Shown: positions 9,794-19,385, counted from the stretch's first letter. The stretch: DNA of 58,896 nucleotides from Archaeoglobaceae archaeon (GCA_038893835.1 JAWAQR010000005.1:1-58896), one strand, 5' to 3'. Numbers and translations: made by a program. Notes: generated by a model not told the origin, from the letters alone.

Positions 9794-10126
9794 ATGATTG
9801 AAAGCTATGAGTTTGGTAAAATGAGAATTGCCGGTAAGGTTTACACGTCTGATTTGATAATCTTTCCTGACAGAATTATGACAAACTGGTGGCGGAAAGA
9901 AGGGCATAGATTAAGCGTGGAAGATTTGACAGAGGTTTTAAAGTTTAAGCCTGAAATTCTGATCGTGGGAACAGGTTATTATGGAAGGATGGAAGTTCCA
10001 GAAGAAACGAAGAAATTCCTCGAAAAGAATGGCATAGAATTGGTTTATGCCCCAACAGGGGAAGCTGTAAAGATTTTTAATGAAACTTCTAAAAAGAAGG
10101 TTGGAGCTTTCCATCTAACTTGCTAG
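9794..10126 (+). CDS. Mth938-like (DUF498) protein
   Basis: IESYEFG, WWRKEGH, IVGTG and AFHLTC motifs. Confidence 0.85.
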   Translation: MIESYEFGKMRIAGKVYTSDLIIFPDRIMTNWWRKEGHRLSVEDLTEVLKFKPEILIVGTGYYGRMEVPEETKKFLEKNGIELVYAPTGEAVKIFNETSKKKVGAFHLTC

Positions 10127-10171
10127 TTTGAATCAGTAGTAAATTTTTTAATCCAGATTAAAAGCTAGAGT

Positions 10172-13100
10172 ATGCTTCCACAGAGATATCTGCCAAAGGT
10201 GATTGAAGCTGAAGTTTTCAATTTTTGGAAAGAGAGAAAGATTTATGAAAAGATCAAGAAAAGGGGAGGTAAGAAGTTCTACTTCTTAGATGGTCCCCCC
10301 TATACAACTGGTAGAATTCATCTTGGTACAGCTTGGAACAAGATCATAAAGGATACAATTCTTCGCTATCTGCGAATGCTTGGCTATGATCCTGTTGACA
10401 CTCCTGGATGGGATATGCATGGTTTGCCAATTGAAGTAAAGGTAGAACAAGAGCTCGGTTTTAGGACGAAGAGAGATATTGAGAACTTTGGAATAGAAAA
10501 ATTTGTTCAGAAGTGTATGGAATATGCATTAAGGAACAAAGATGCAATGACCGAACAATTCAAAGCACTTGCAATCTGGATGGACTGGGACAATCCTTAC
10601 ATGACGATAAAGGCAGAATACATAGATTCTGCTTGGTTCACGATCAAAAAAGCGTTTGAAAAAGGTCTTCTTTCGAAGGAAATGATGGTTGTAAACTGGT
10701 GTCCGAGATGTGAAACAGCTCTGGCAGATGCGGAAATAGAATATGCTGAGAGAGAAGACCCGTCGATTTATGTAAAATTCAGGTTAAAGAACGGAGGATA
10801 TATCTTGGTTTGGACTACAACTCCTTGGACAATTCCAGCAAACATGGCAGTAGCCGTAAATCCGAATTTTAAATATGTAAAAGTTAGGGCTTTTAGAAAT
10901 GGGGTTGCTGAGGAAGTTTTAATAGCCAAAGACCTCGTTGATACTTTGCATAAAGGTTACGAGAAATGGGAGATAATTGAAGAAATTCCGGGAAAAGAGC
11001 TTGAAGGAATTGAATACGAGCACCCACTTGCGGATGAGGTTCCAATGCAAAAGAACTTTAGACACAAAATAGTTCTTGCAGACTTTGTCTCAGCTGAAAA
11101 CACAGGCTGTGTCCACATAGCTCCGGCTCATGGTTTAGAGGACTTTGAACTGGGTAAAAAATATGGTCTCGAAATCTTTAATCCCGTAGATGATAGAGGC
11201 TTCTTCAACGAATTAGCCGGGAAATATGCTGGAATGAGTGTAAGAGAGGCGAATGAGGTTATAATAGATGATTTACATAGAAAAGATTTATTGTTAGCTG
11301 AAGAAAGAATTTTTCACCGCTACGGTCACTGCTGGCGTTGTAAGACACCTATAATTTTTAGGGCAACAGAACAGTGGTTTATAAAGATCACAGAGTTGAA
11401 GGAAAAGATGCTGGAAGAAATAGAGAAAGTTAAGTGGATTCCAGATTGGGCTGGAAGTGCTAGGTTTAGGGATTGGATCAGCAATGCGAAGGATTGGTGC
11501 ATAAGTAGGCAAAGATACTGGGGAATTCCTCTTCCTATATGGATATGTGAATGTGGAAAGATAAAGGTGGTTGGCAGTATAAACGAGGTGCCTTGGCAAA
11601 ACGATCTAGATCTTCATAGACCGAGGATAGATGAGGTTAAGTTCAGATGTGAATGTGGTAGGGAAATGGAAAGAGTGAAGGATGTTTTTGATGTTTGGTT
11701 CGACAGCGGAGTTGCGAGTTGGGGAAGCATTTCTTATCCGCTGAAAGATGATAAATTCCACCTATGGCCTGCTGATTTCATAACTGAAGGACATGATCAG
11801 ACCAGAGGGTGGTTCTATTCTCAGCTTGGAGCTTCTGTAATTTGCTTTGGAAAGGCGCCATATAAGACTGTACTTATGCACGGCTTCACGCTAGATGAGC
11901 AGGGTAGAAAGATGAGCAAGAGTCTTGGAAATGTTGTAGAGCCTGAGGAAGTTGTGGAGCAGATTGGAGTTGATTGCTTCAGGCTTTACATGCTTAGTTC
12001 TGCAGTCTGGGAAGATTTGAAGTTCAGCTGGGATGAGGCTAGAAACGTTTTGAGAAACATGAATGTCTTCTGGAACTCTGTCAGATTTGCACATACTTAC
12101 ATGAGCATAGACAGGTTTAGGGCAATTGGAATGGAGGCTGCGACTATTGAGGACAAATGGATTCTTTCAAAACTGGAGAGCTTTAACAGGGAAGTTATCG
12201 AAGCTATGAGCAAATATCATCTGCACAAGGTTGTTAGGGCATTTTTTGACTTCATAATTGAGGAGTTCAGCAGATGGTATATACCCTTAATAAGATCGAG
12301 GGTTTGGGAGGAAGCTGAATCGAAGCAAAAGATCTCGAGTTATGAAACGATGCTAAGAGTTATAGACAAGTCGATCAGGCTCATTGCCCCATTTGCCCCG
12401 CTAATAGCGGAATGGCTTTATCAGAACTTCGTAAAGCAGTTTAGAGAAGGAGAAGAGAGCATTTTTATGGAAAGCTATCCGATGCCAGATGAAAGGATGA
12501 TAAACAAGGATCTCGAGGAGAAGATGAGCGTTGTGAAGTCCATAGTTGAAGCCTGCAACTCTGCAAGGAATAAGGCTGGGATAAAGCTTAGATGGCCATT
12601 AAAGGAAGTTGTGGTAGAAACAGAAGAGAGAGTTGAGGAATTTAGAGACATAATTGCTAGGATGTGCAACGTTAAGTGTGTTAAATTTGAAAGAATGCGA
12701 AAAGAATTGAGATTGAAGCCTGATTACAGAAAAGTGGGTCCGGTTTTAAAGGGAAGGGCGAAAGCTTTTGCAGAATTCCTTTCAGGATTGAAGGAAATGC
12801 CAGAAGAAATCGAATTTGAAGGAATTAAGATTCCGAAAGATTGGATAATTGTTGAAGAGGAAATTCCAAAGAACTTCGTCTCTGCCGATTTTGGAAAGGG
12901 GAAGATATATCTGAACACGGAAATAGATGAATCTTTGATGAAAGAAGCTTTTGCCAGAGAATTCGTGCGCAGGATACAGTATATGAGGAAAGAATTGGAT
13001 TTGAGAGTTGATGAATTCATCGAAACTTTCATCGAAGCAGATCCTGGAATTGTGGAAGGATGGGTGGATTACATTAAGAATGAAACCCGTTCGGCAAAGC

Positions 13101-13198
13101 TGAGTTTTTCGAAGGCTGAAGGTTTTGTTAGAGAATGGGAAATAGAGGATATGAGAATTAAAATAGGGATAAAGAGATGGAGCTCGAGGAGTGGATGA
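10172..13198 (+). CDS. ileS: Isoleucine-tRNA ligase
   Basis: DGPPYTTGRIHLGT, WTTTPWT, DWCISRQRYWG, EGHDQTRGWF and KMSKS motifs. Confidence 0.97.
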   Translation: MLPQRYLPKVIEAEVFNFWKERKIYEKIKKRGGKKFYFLDGPPYTTGRIHLGTAWNKIIKDTILRYLRMLGYDPVDTPGWDMHGLPIEVKVEQELGFRTKRDIENFGIEKFVQKCMEYALRNKDAMTEQFKALAIWMDWDNPYMTIKAEYIDSAWFTIKKAFEKGLLSKEMMVVNWCPRCETALADAEIEYAEREDPSIYVKFRLKNGGYILVWTTTPWTIPANMAVAVNPNFKYVKVRAFRNGVAEEVLIAKDLVDTLHKGYEKWEIIEEIPGKELEGIEYEHPLADEVPMQKNFRHKIVLADFVSAENTGCVHIAPAHGLEDFELGKKYGLEIFNPVDDRGFFNELAGKYAGMSVREANEVIIDDLHRKDLLLAEERIFHRYGHCWRCKTPIIFRATEQWFIKITELKEKMLEEIEKVKWIPDWAGSARFRDWISNAKDWCISRQRYWGIPLPIWICECGKIKVVGSINEVPWQNDLDLHRPRIDEVKFRCECGREMERVKDVFDVWFDSGVASWGSISYPLKDDKFHLWPADFITEGHDQTRGWFYSQLGASVICFGKAPYKTVLMHGFTLDEQGRKMSKSLGNVVEPEEVVEQIGVDCFRLYMLSSAVWEDLKFSWDEARNVLRNMNVFWNSVRFAHTYMSIDRFRAIGMEAATIEDKWILSKLESFNREVIEAMSKYHLHKVVRAFFDFIIEEFSRWYIPLIRSRVWEEAESKQKISSYETMLRVIDKSIRLIAPFAPLIAEWLYQNFVKQFREGEESIFMESYPMPDERMINKDLEEKMSVVKSIVEACNSARNKAGIKLRWPLKEVVVETEERVEEFRDIIARMCNVKCVKFERMRKELRLKPDYRKVGPVLKGRAKAFAEFLSGLKEMPEEIEFEGIKIPKDWIIVEEEIPKNFVSADFGKGKIYLNTEIDESLMKEAFAREFVRRIQYMRKELDLRVDEFIETFIEADPGIVEGWVDYIKNETRSAKLSFSKAEGFVREWEIEDMRIKIGIKRWSSRSG

Positions 13199-13785
13199 AG
13201 ATATACGAGCAAATTCTGCTGGACTTTGGTTTTTCAAGGGAAAAGGATGAGGAATCTGCAAGGCTTTTAGCTGAGATTGCAGGGAATAAATTACTTGATT
13301 GCTCGGTACTTGAATGCATAAGGGGGAAAGAAGTGGCTGTAGTTGGTGGAGCCTATGCTGGGGAAAATATAAAGGAGGAGTTAATAATAACAGCTGGAAA
13401 GGCCGTTGAAAAAGTGAAATTCATCCCATCAATTCACGTTACGGATTTAGAAGAGAGCGTTGAAAAGCTAGTAGAGTTAGAAAAAAGGGGATGCATTCTC
13501 GTGATCCATGCACATGGAGATAACATGGAAAAGATAAGAGAGGTGATCCCGAAGCTCGGCTCCTTTATTGCAACAACCCAAAGTAAACCATTTGGTAGAG
13601 TCTACAACTTTGGAGGATTTACAGATGGAGACAGAGCTGTGCTGATTGCGAGGAGATTTGGAGCTAAGAAAATAGAACTTTATGGATTTGATTTTGATAA
13701 AGCTACTGGAATTAAGTTGAAGAAGTTGAAATGGGCTAAAAGAATCTTGGAAATCGAGGGATGCATCCCGCGAAAGTTCAGTTAA
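13177..13785 (+). CDS. mptE: 6-hydroxymethyl-7,8-dihydropterin pyrophosphokinase (MptE/DUF115)
   Basis: YEQILLDFGFSREKD, VTDLE, HAHGDN, NFGGFTDGDRA and KLKKLKWA motifs. Confidence 0.85.
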   Translation: MELEEWMKIYEQILLDFGFSREKDEESARLLAEIAGNKLLDCSVLECIRGKEVAVVGGAYAGENIKEELIITAGKAVEKVKFIPSIHVTDLEESVEKLVELEKRGCILVIHAHGDNMEKIREVIPKLGSFIATTQSKPFGRVYNFGGFTDGDRAVLIARRFGAKKIELYGFDFDKATGIKLKKLKWAKRILEIEGCIPRKFS

Positions 13786-14018
13786 GGGGTTTCAACGTTC
13801 AAGAGTTGATGGAAATAGAAAAGATTGTAAAAAATGCCAAAGTTATAAAAACTAGGGATGGAGTTGATATGATTTTTGAAAACGTAAATGATGCGAGATT
13901 TTTTATATCAAAGCTCAAAGCAAGATTCAGTTTGATCGTAAAAATGAGCACAGAAAGCTTGGGTTTTGATTCTAGGCCCAGATATCTTTTCGTTTATTCC
14001 GTTAGGAAAAGAATATAA
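13761..14018 (+). CDS. Small protein resembling the C-terminal domain of archaeal NMD3
   Basis: AKVQLR, RDGVDMIF, ARFFISKLKARF, S..LGFD and Y...SVR align by eye with the NMD3 EAIIQLR...EGVD...AR...LVG...YR...VR pattern; no Zn-binding Cys. Confidence 0.6.
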   Translation: MHPAKVQLRGFNVQELMEIEKIVKNAKVIKTRDGVDMIFENVNDARFFISKLKARFSLIVKMSTESLGFDSRPRYLFVYSVRKRI

Positions 14019-14039
14019 GCTTTGAAAGGTTCGAGAATT

Positions 14040-14657
14040 ATGCTCGACTTCGTGCTGAAAGTCGTAACAATAAGCTCCTCCGGTGCTCTAGCTCCAGGAC
14101 CTTTAAGCGCTGCTACAGCTGCAATTGGGATTAGAGATGGTTGGAAGGGTGGTTTAATGGTTTCTTTTGGTCATTTGATTGTTGAAGCCCCAATCATTTT
14201 TCTCGTCGCATTTTTACTTTCTCTTGCAACAATAGAATCTATAATAAAACCTCTTGCAATTCTTGGTGGTCTATTTTTGATTTTCTTCGGCTATTTGACT
14301 TTGAAAAGCGCTTTGGGAGAAATGGGAATAAAGGAGACTAAATTCCATCCATTTCTTACTGGCATCTTATTGACAGCATTAAATCCCTTCTTCATCATCT
14401 GGTGGTTCAGCGTTGGCAGTGCACTTGTTGCTGAATCAACGCTCATCTTCGGATCAATGGGAGTGATTGTTTTGCTTTTCTCTCACGTCTGGATAGATTT
14501 CGCTTGGTTATCAACAATAGCCTATGTAACTTCACTAAAAGGGATAATAGCTAAGATTCACAAACTTCTTTTGATCTTCTTTGGCTTTCTGGTCATCTTT
14601 TTTGGCGTAGATTATTTGCACTTCGCGATACTCAACTCTCATTTACTATCTTTATAA
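14040..14657 (+). CDS. LysE family translocator
   Basis: SGALAPGPL, GHLIVE, LNPFFIIWW and HVWIDFAW motifs; hydrophobic helices. Confidence 0.85.
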   Translation: MLDFVLKVVTISSSGALAPGPLSAATAAIGIRDGWKGGLMVSFGHLIVEAPIIFLVAFLLSLATIESIIKPLAILGGLFLIFFGYLTLKSALGEMGIKETKFHPFLTGILLTALNPFFIIWWFSVGSALVAESTLIFGSMGVIVLLFSHVWIDFAWLSTIAYVTSLKGIIAKIHKLLLIFFGFLVIFFGVDYLHFAILNSHLLSL

Positions 14658-14681
14658 AAAAATTAAAAAATTAAAAATAGT

Positions 14682-14843
14682 TTATACATGGGCTATCAAT
14701 TGCCAGCTGATCCAGTAGAGAAATCCAAGCAGGATTATTGCAAGTATTAAGCTTCCAGCCACAAGTCTCCTTTCTATCGGTAGGATCTCTTCCCTTACCG
14801 CAAGTTCTGCTTTCAATTCCACCTCTTTTCTCTCCTCAGCCAT
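14682..14843 (-). CDS. 53-aa single-TM protein (not in ORF track), downstream partner of the large YeiH transporter
   Basis: MAEERKEVELKAELAVREEILPIERRLVAGSLILAIILLGFLYWISWQLIAHV; strong GAGGTGA RBS overlapping the upstream stop; T-rich tract follows. Confidence 0.8.
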   Translation of the reverse strand: MAEERKEVELKAELAVREEILPIERRLVAGSLILAIILLGFLYWISWQLIAHV

Positions 14844-14853
14844 TTTTTTCACC

Positions 14854-16320
14854 TCACTTCAGGAAAAACACATGGATGTCGTGGAAGAAGAGCCAGCTGA
14901 TGAAGAGTCCGATCCAAATGATGAAGCCAAACAGTGCGATCACGTAAACAAGGGCTAGCTTTCCAATCCCCTCTCTGCGAAGCGTTGAGAAGTCAGATAT
15001 TAGGCCTATGCTAAAGAATGTAAGCGCAAAGAAAGTCTTTCTGAAGACATCCATCTCTCCAGTTGCAGTCTTAAAAGGTGCCAGTGCTGCAGCAAACTTC
15101 TCAACTGGAACTCCCGCTGTAGCAACAGAAGTGGCCCAGTAAAGTATCAAGAACGTCAGGAAGTAACCGATAACGAACTTTGGAAATCTATACCATATCT
15201 CGACTTTTGCAACTTTCTCCCCAGGCCTTTTGTCAATCCAGTAAACCCAGATCACTGCAAGGATGAATGCCCAAATTCCGATGAATATGTCTATGAAGAT
15301 TTTTGTAACTATTGCAGCGTTTAGAATCCAACCCTGCAAGGGAGCATAGGCTGGATTGCTACCAACTATTAGGGCATCCACAATTGCACCACTGGCAGCA
15401 GCAGCCCCATCTGTTTTAACAGCCAGCCCCATCCAAGCTCCAGCGACTAGAGGTTGATGGGCTAAGAATGCAGCAGCTGCGAAAGGTAAGATCAGGAGTT
15501 CGACTACTGCAAAGACTATGACTAATGAAGAAACCATGATTGGCACGATTGGTCTAGCCCTTATTGCAGCTCCTGTAGCAATTGCCGCTGAAACGCCGCA
15601 AATCGAAATTCCTGAAGCTAATGGAGCTGCCCATTCTCTTGTGAAACCGAAGTATCTGCGAGCAATCCAGTAAACGAGGGCCCAGTAGATGAGATAAGCT
15701 TCAACTATAGCACAGACACCTCGGAAGAGAAAGTTCGCAAGAACTTTTGGATCGATCTCTATGGCCTTAATTCCAACTGTAGCACCCAGTAGAACGATTG
15801 CTGTTTTTATAAACCATTCCGGTCTAGCAGCTTCTTTTAGCTTTGCTGCAAATCCTTTCGCAAAGTTTCCTATCAAAAGCCCAAGAATTAATGCGAAGAC
15901 GTAACCGAATTCACCTGTTAATCTTAAAGACCACGGGATCTTTGACTTCGCTGGATCTGTTGAGGCAAGGTAAGCATAATGGGCAATCCACCAGCAGAGC
16001 ATTGTAAGGAAGAATATCACTGTAAATCCGCCAGCGAATTTTTTCACATTCCAACCCATCGCCTTAGCTCCAATGCTGAGTATTACCAGCAGGAATATGT
16101 ATGTAGCAATCAGAGATACCACTGGATTGACAGCTTGAAAGGCCTTTGAGGCAGTAACTATTGAAGTCGCAGGATCAAGCCATTCCTTGACATTTGCTAC
16201 CCATCCCATGATGTCCATTTTATAGGCGGCTGCTAGACATAGGAAGAACAGTAGCATTCCGATCCAGAATGCCCACCAGTCCTCTTTTTTCCAGAGCGAA
16301 CTCCAATCGGCTTTGACCAT
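14854..16320 (-). CDS. YeiH/UPF0324 putative sulfate exporter family transporter (long type)
   Basis: EDWWA, RPEWFIKTAIVLLGA, GISICGVSAAIAT and WYRFPKFVIGY motifs; many TM segments. Confidence 0.85.
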   Translation of the reverse strand: MVKADWSSLWKKEDWWAFWIGMLLFFLCLAAAYKMDIMGWVANVKEWLDPATSIVTASKAFQAVNPVVSLIATYIFLLVILSIGAKAMGWNVKKFAGGFTVIFFLTMLCWWIAHYAYLASTDPAKSKIPWSLRLTGEFGYVFALILGLLIGNFAKGFAAKLKEAARPEWFIKTAIVLLGATVGIKAIEIDPKVLANFLFRGVCAIVEAYLIYWALVYWIARRYFGFTREWAAPLASGISICGVSAAIATGAAIRARPIVPIMVSSLVIVFAVVELLILPFAAAAFLAHQPLVAGAWMGLAVKTDGAAAASGAIVDALIVGSNPAYAPLQGWILNAAIVTKIFIDIFIGIWAFILAVIWVYWIDKRPGEKVAKVEIWYRFPKFVIGYFLTFLILYWATSVATAGVPVEKFAAALAPFKTATGEMDVFRKTFFALTFFSIGLISDFSTLRREGIGKLALVYVIALFGFIIWIGLFISWLFFHDIHVFFLK

Positions 16321-16360
16321 TCACTACCACCCAAATAAAAAATCGAGTTTAGTAAATATT

Positions 16361-16384
16361 AGAATATTGTCAAGAATATCGTCA
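16361..16384 (-). promoter_or_regulatory. Tandem 12-bp direct repeat TGAC(G/A)ATATTCT, candidate operator upstream of the YeiH promoter
   Basis: Plus strand AGAATATTGTCA (16361-16372) and AGAATATCGTCA (16373-16384), just upstream of a TTTACTAAA TATA-like box about 30 nt before the ATG at 16320. Confidence 0.45.
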
Positions 16385-18373
16385 AAAAGTGTCAACAAGT
16401 ATAGCTTTGCCCTCTTCTGTTATCTCGAGCACCTTTTCCCTCCCCTCCTTTATAACCCTAAGCAGCCCTTTGTCAACAAGGTAGGCAATTCTTTTCTTTA
16501 TAGTGTTACGAGTTACACCTAGTTCGCTCATTATATCTTTTATAGAAGGCCTTTCTCCAATCCGACTTTTTGTATAAACCAGCTTTAGAATTTCAAAATA
16601 TTCTGGAGAAATCATTGAAACCTTGGTCCTTATTTCGAGGCACTCACTCTTTATAAATTTCTCCTCTTCTTCCGAAATCTTACCAGAGTATATGACTATT
16701 ATACCTTTATTTAATATATAATAAACGTCCTTTAGTTTCTGAATCAAAGTAAAGATGTCTTCAAAATTCTTCCTACTTAATAAATAATCTATATCAAGCA
16801 AAACAGCATTTTTCCACCCATCCAAGTTTGCCACTAGGCTATATATGTCCTCCAACTTGTTTAAACCCTGATCTGAGAGCCAGTAAAATTCTGCATTTAT
16901 TCTAAATTCTTCAGGGAATCTCCTACTCAGAATGATTGGTCTATAGCCGTAATTTTTCAAATCTTTCAACACCTCGATTGCGGTGTATAGATCTTTTGTG
17001 AAATAAGTTCTACCGCGCTCAACATAAAACTTAAACATTCTCTTCTCAAAATCGTCTGCAATCGGTCTTACTATAACAGAGAAACCTGAATCATCGATTG
17101 GAGAGATCGTCACTTCCACACTTATAATCTCTCCTCCCTTTGTAAGTCTTCTTGTCTCAAATCTCAGCTCCTTCTGCCCCTCGCTTATTCTCTGCAATAT
17201 TATTGAAGTTTCATTTTTTATTTCTTCAGGTAGAAGAATCGATGAATCTTTTCCTATTATCTCCTCTTTTTTCCATCCAAATAGTTTCTCAGCGGTTCTG
17301 TTCCAGCTCTTGATTTTTCCATTTATATCTACAGAGTATATTGCATCGTTCGAAGTCTCAACTATTCTTGCAAGATATTCAAGTTCTTTCTGTAACAGTA
17401 AAAGATCTCTAGTCTTCTTTTCCAGTTCTTCGCACGTTTCAACTAGCTTCATTTCAGTCTCCTTCTTCTTCGTTATATCTCTCATTATTGATACAAATCC
17501 AACGAGTTCACCATTACTGCTATATATGCTTGTCAGGGTTTGGTCCACTATGAGTTTCTCTCCATTTTTAGCAATTCTTATCGATTCTATGTCCTTAACA
17601 AAACCTTCGAGAACAGCTTTTTTGAAGTTCTCTCTGCATAGATCCCATAGTTCTTGAGGTAAAAGGATTAGGAATGGTTTGCCGATTACTTCCTCAGCTT
17701 TATAACCGAACATAATTTCCGCTCCTTTGTTCCACGAAACTATTTTTGAATCGAGATCTAGGATTACAATTGCGTCGATCGAATGCTCAAACACGGCTTT
17801 TAAAAGTGCCAGCTCTTTTTCCATCTTTCTAACTTTTTCTATATTTCTAGCAATGTAAATTTTGTCAAACGATCTCAACTCAACACTTATTACACCATCT
17901 CTACCAATAGCCTCGCATACACAATTTGAATCGAAATTTGTGAAAATTTCTGAGACCTCTTTTCCTATAACTTCAGAATCCTTCAATCCTAGGACTTTTT
18001 CTGCAAATATTGAATGGACTATCTTACCATTTTCAACTTCGAAAATCCAGGCGTTTATCTCTCCAATCGCCTTTATTATAGATTCTAATCTTTTATTGTT
18101 TTCATCCGATCTTTTCAACACTTCTTCTAATGACAACTTTATTTCTTCAAACTCGTTTTTTCCGTGAACAAGCAGATCCCTCTTTTGTAGTACATCTCTT
18201 ATTTCAAATATTTGTTTGAACACATCTCCAGATGCGAAGATTCCGATTCCAAATGTTATTATAATAACATAAATTAGAAAAGAGAGTGGTAAGTTGAAGG
18301 AAATGATAAAATAGGTCATTAAAATAGATATCACGCTCGTGGCTATGGTTAAAACTGCAACTCTCGAAATCAT
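16382..18373 (-). CDS. Membrane-anchored multi-PAS / DUF835 / winged-helix regulator
   Basis: Two N-terminal TM helices; two clear PAS domains (WNKGAEIMFGY..EEVIGK, WNRTAEKLFGW..EEIIGK) plus one degenerate; DUF835-like SRRFPE/YWLS/DIDYL segment; C-terminal wHTH (PSIKDIMSELGVTRNTIKKRIAYLVDKGLL...ITEEG). No His-kinase boxes. Confidence 0.75.
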   Translation of the reverse strand: MISRVAVLTIATSVISILMTYFIISFNLPLSFLIYVIIITFGIGIFASGDVFKQIFEIRDVLQKRDLLVHGKNEFEEIKLSLEEVLKRSDENNKRLESIIKAIGEINAWIFEVENGKIVHSIFAEKVLGLKDSEVIGKEVSEIFTNFDSNCVCEAIGRDGVISVELRSFDKIYIARNIEKVRKMEKELALLKAVFEHSIDAIVILDLDSKIVSWNKGAEIMFGYKAEEVIGKPFLILLPQELWDLCRENFKKAVLEGFVKDIESIRIAKNGEKLIVDQTLTSIYSSNGELVGFVSIMRDITKKKETEMKLVETCEELEKKTRDLLLLQKELEYLARIVETSNDAIYSVDINGKIKSWNRTAEKLFGWKKEEIIGKDSSILLPEEIKNETSIILQRISEGQKELRFETRRLTKGGEIISVEVTISPIDDSGFSVIVRPIADDFEKRMFKFYVERGRTYFTKDLYTAIEVLKDLKNYGYRPIILSRRFPEEFRINAEFYWLSDQGLNKLEDIYSLVANLDGWKNAVLLDIDYLLSRKNFEDIFTLIQKLKDVYYILNKGIIVIYSGKISEEEEKFIKSECLEIRTKVSMISPEYFEILKLVYTKSRIGERPSIKDIMSELGVTRNTIKKRIAYLVDKGLLRVIKEGREKVLEITEEGKAILVDTF

Positions 18374-19332
18374 ATCAAACCACCTGCCAGAAAGATTAGG
18401 AAAACTGCTATCGCCACTGCTGTGCCAAGAAAAACTGCTATTAATGGTTTTAACCCAAGGCTATATATTTCCTTTAAATCAACAGTTACTCCAATTCCTG
18501 CAAGGGTTGAAGCGAAGAGAATTGTTGAGAACGTTCTCACGACTTCAGGACTGCTGAAATTTGAACTAAGAAAAGCGGTCATTAAGAAGGCTACTATAAA
18601 CCAAGGAATGTAAAAACCCTTCTCGGAATATAGAAAGGAAATTATAAAGGCGACGACTGCAATCATCGCAATTCTTATGGCTTTTACACTCAACGCCTTT
18701 GTTACGTCGTTCTCTCCAAAAACAGAGGTTGCTATCTTAACCAGCGCTGTTTGTGGTAGACTAGAACCTGCAAGTAGGTAGAATTTATCTGGGAAAAGGT
18801 ATTTTGCGAAGGGTGGATAAAGAATTGCGCATATAAGTCCGGCAACTGTTATTGCAATTATAGCACTTGAAAATTCTCCCTTACTCGGCTTTATTATTGA
18901 TGAAACGATTGCAATGGCGGAAACTCCGCAAATTCCACTTCCGCAAGATAGAAGTATTGAGAGCTTTTTTCCATTTCCCAGTTTCATGGAGAAAAAGTAG
19001 ACAGAAAGGAAGATAGTTGAAAAAATAGCCAGAGTTGCGACGACATCGGAAAGTCTAGGACTTAGCATTGGGACGGAGATGTTGAATCCGTAAAGGGCTA
19101 TTGAAATCGGCAGAAGAAACTTCAGAACTCTATTGACGCGATTCTTCGTTTCTCCTTGCATGAAGTAACCTGTGGATATGCCGAGAATGAATGCAACAAA
19201 TAATACGTCTAGGCCGTAGTCGATTTGGTGAATCAGGAATCCAAGTGTGCCGAGAAAGAGGAGAAGAAATAATATTTTAATGTCAACGTAATTTAGATTT
19301 TTAAAATTTTCCAACACCTGATACGCTTGCAT
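18370..19332 (-). CDS. YeiH/UPF0324 putative sulfate exporter family transporter (short type)
   Basis: LLSCGSGICGVSAIAI, VKAIRI, IPWFIVAF and LAGIG...LGLKPL motifs. Confidence 0.82.
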   Translation of the reverse strand: MQAYQVLENFKNLNYVDIKILFLLLFLGTLGFLIHQIDYGLDVLFVAFILGISTGYFMQGETKNRVNRVLKFLLPISIALYGFNISVPMLSPRLSDVVATLAIFSTIFLSVYFFSMKLGNGKKLSILLSCGSGICGVSAIAIVSSIIKPSKGEFSSAIIAITVAGLICAILYPPFAKYLFPDKFYLLAGSSLPQTALVKIATSVFGENDVTKALSVKAIRIAMIAVVAFIISFLYSEKGFYIPWFIVAFLMTAFLSSNFSSPEVVRTFSTILFASTLAGIGVTVDLKEIYSLGLKPLIAVFLGTAVAIAVFLIFLAGGLI

Positions 19333-19385
19333 ATAAAAAATTGTTTGAAAAGTTAATAAAAGTTTTTAATATGATTTTTGTTGAA

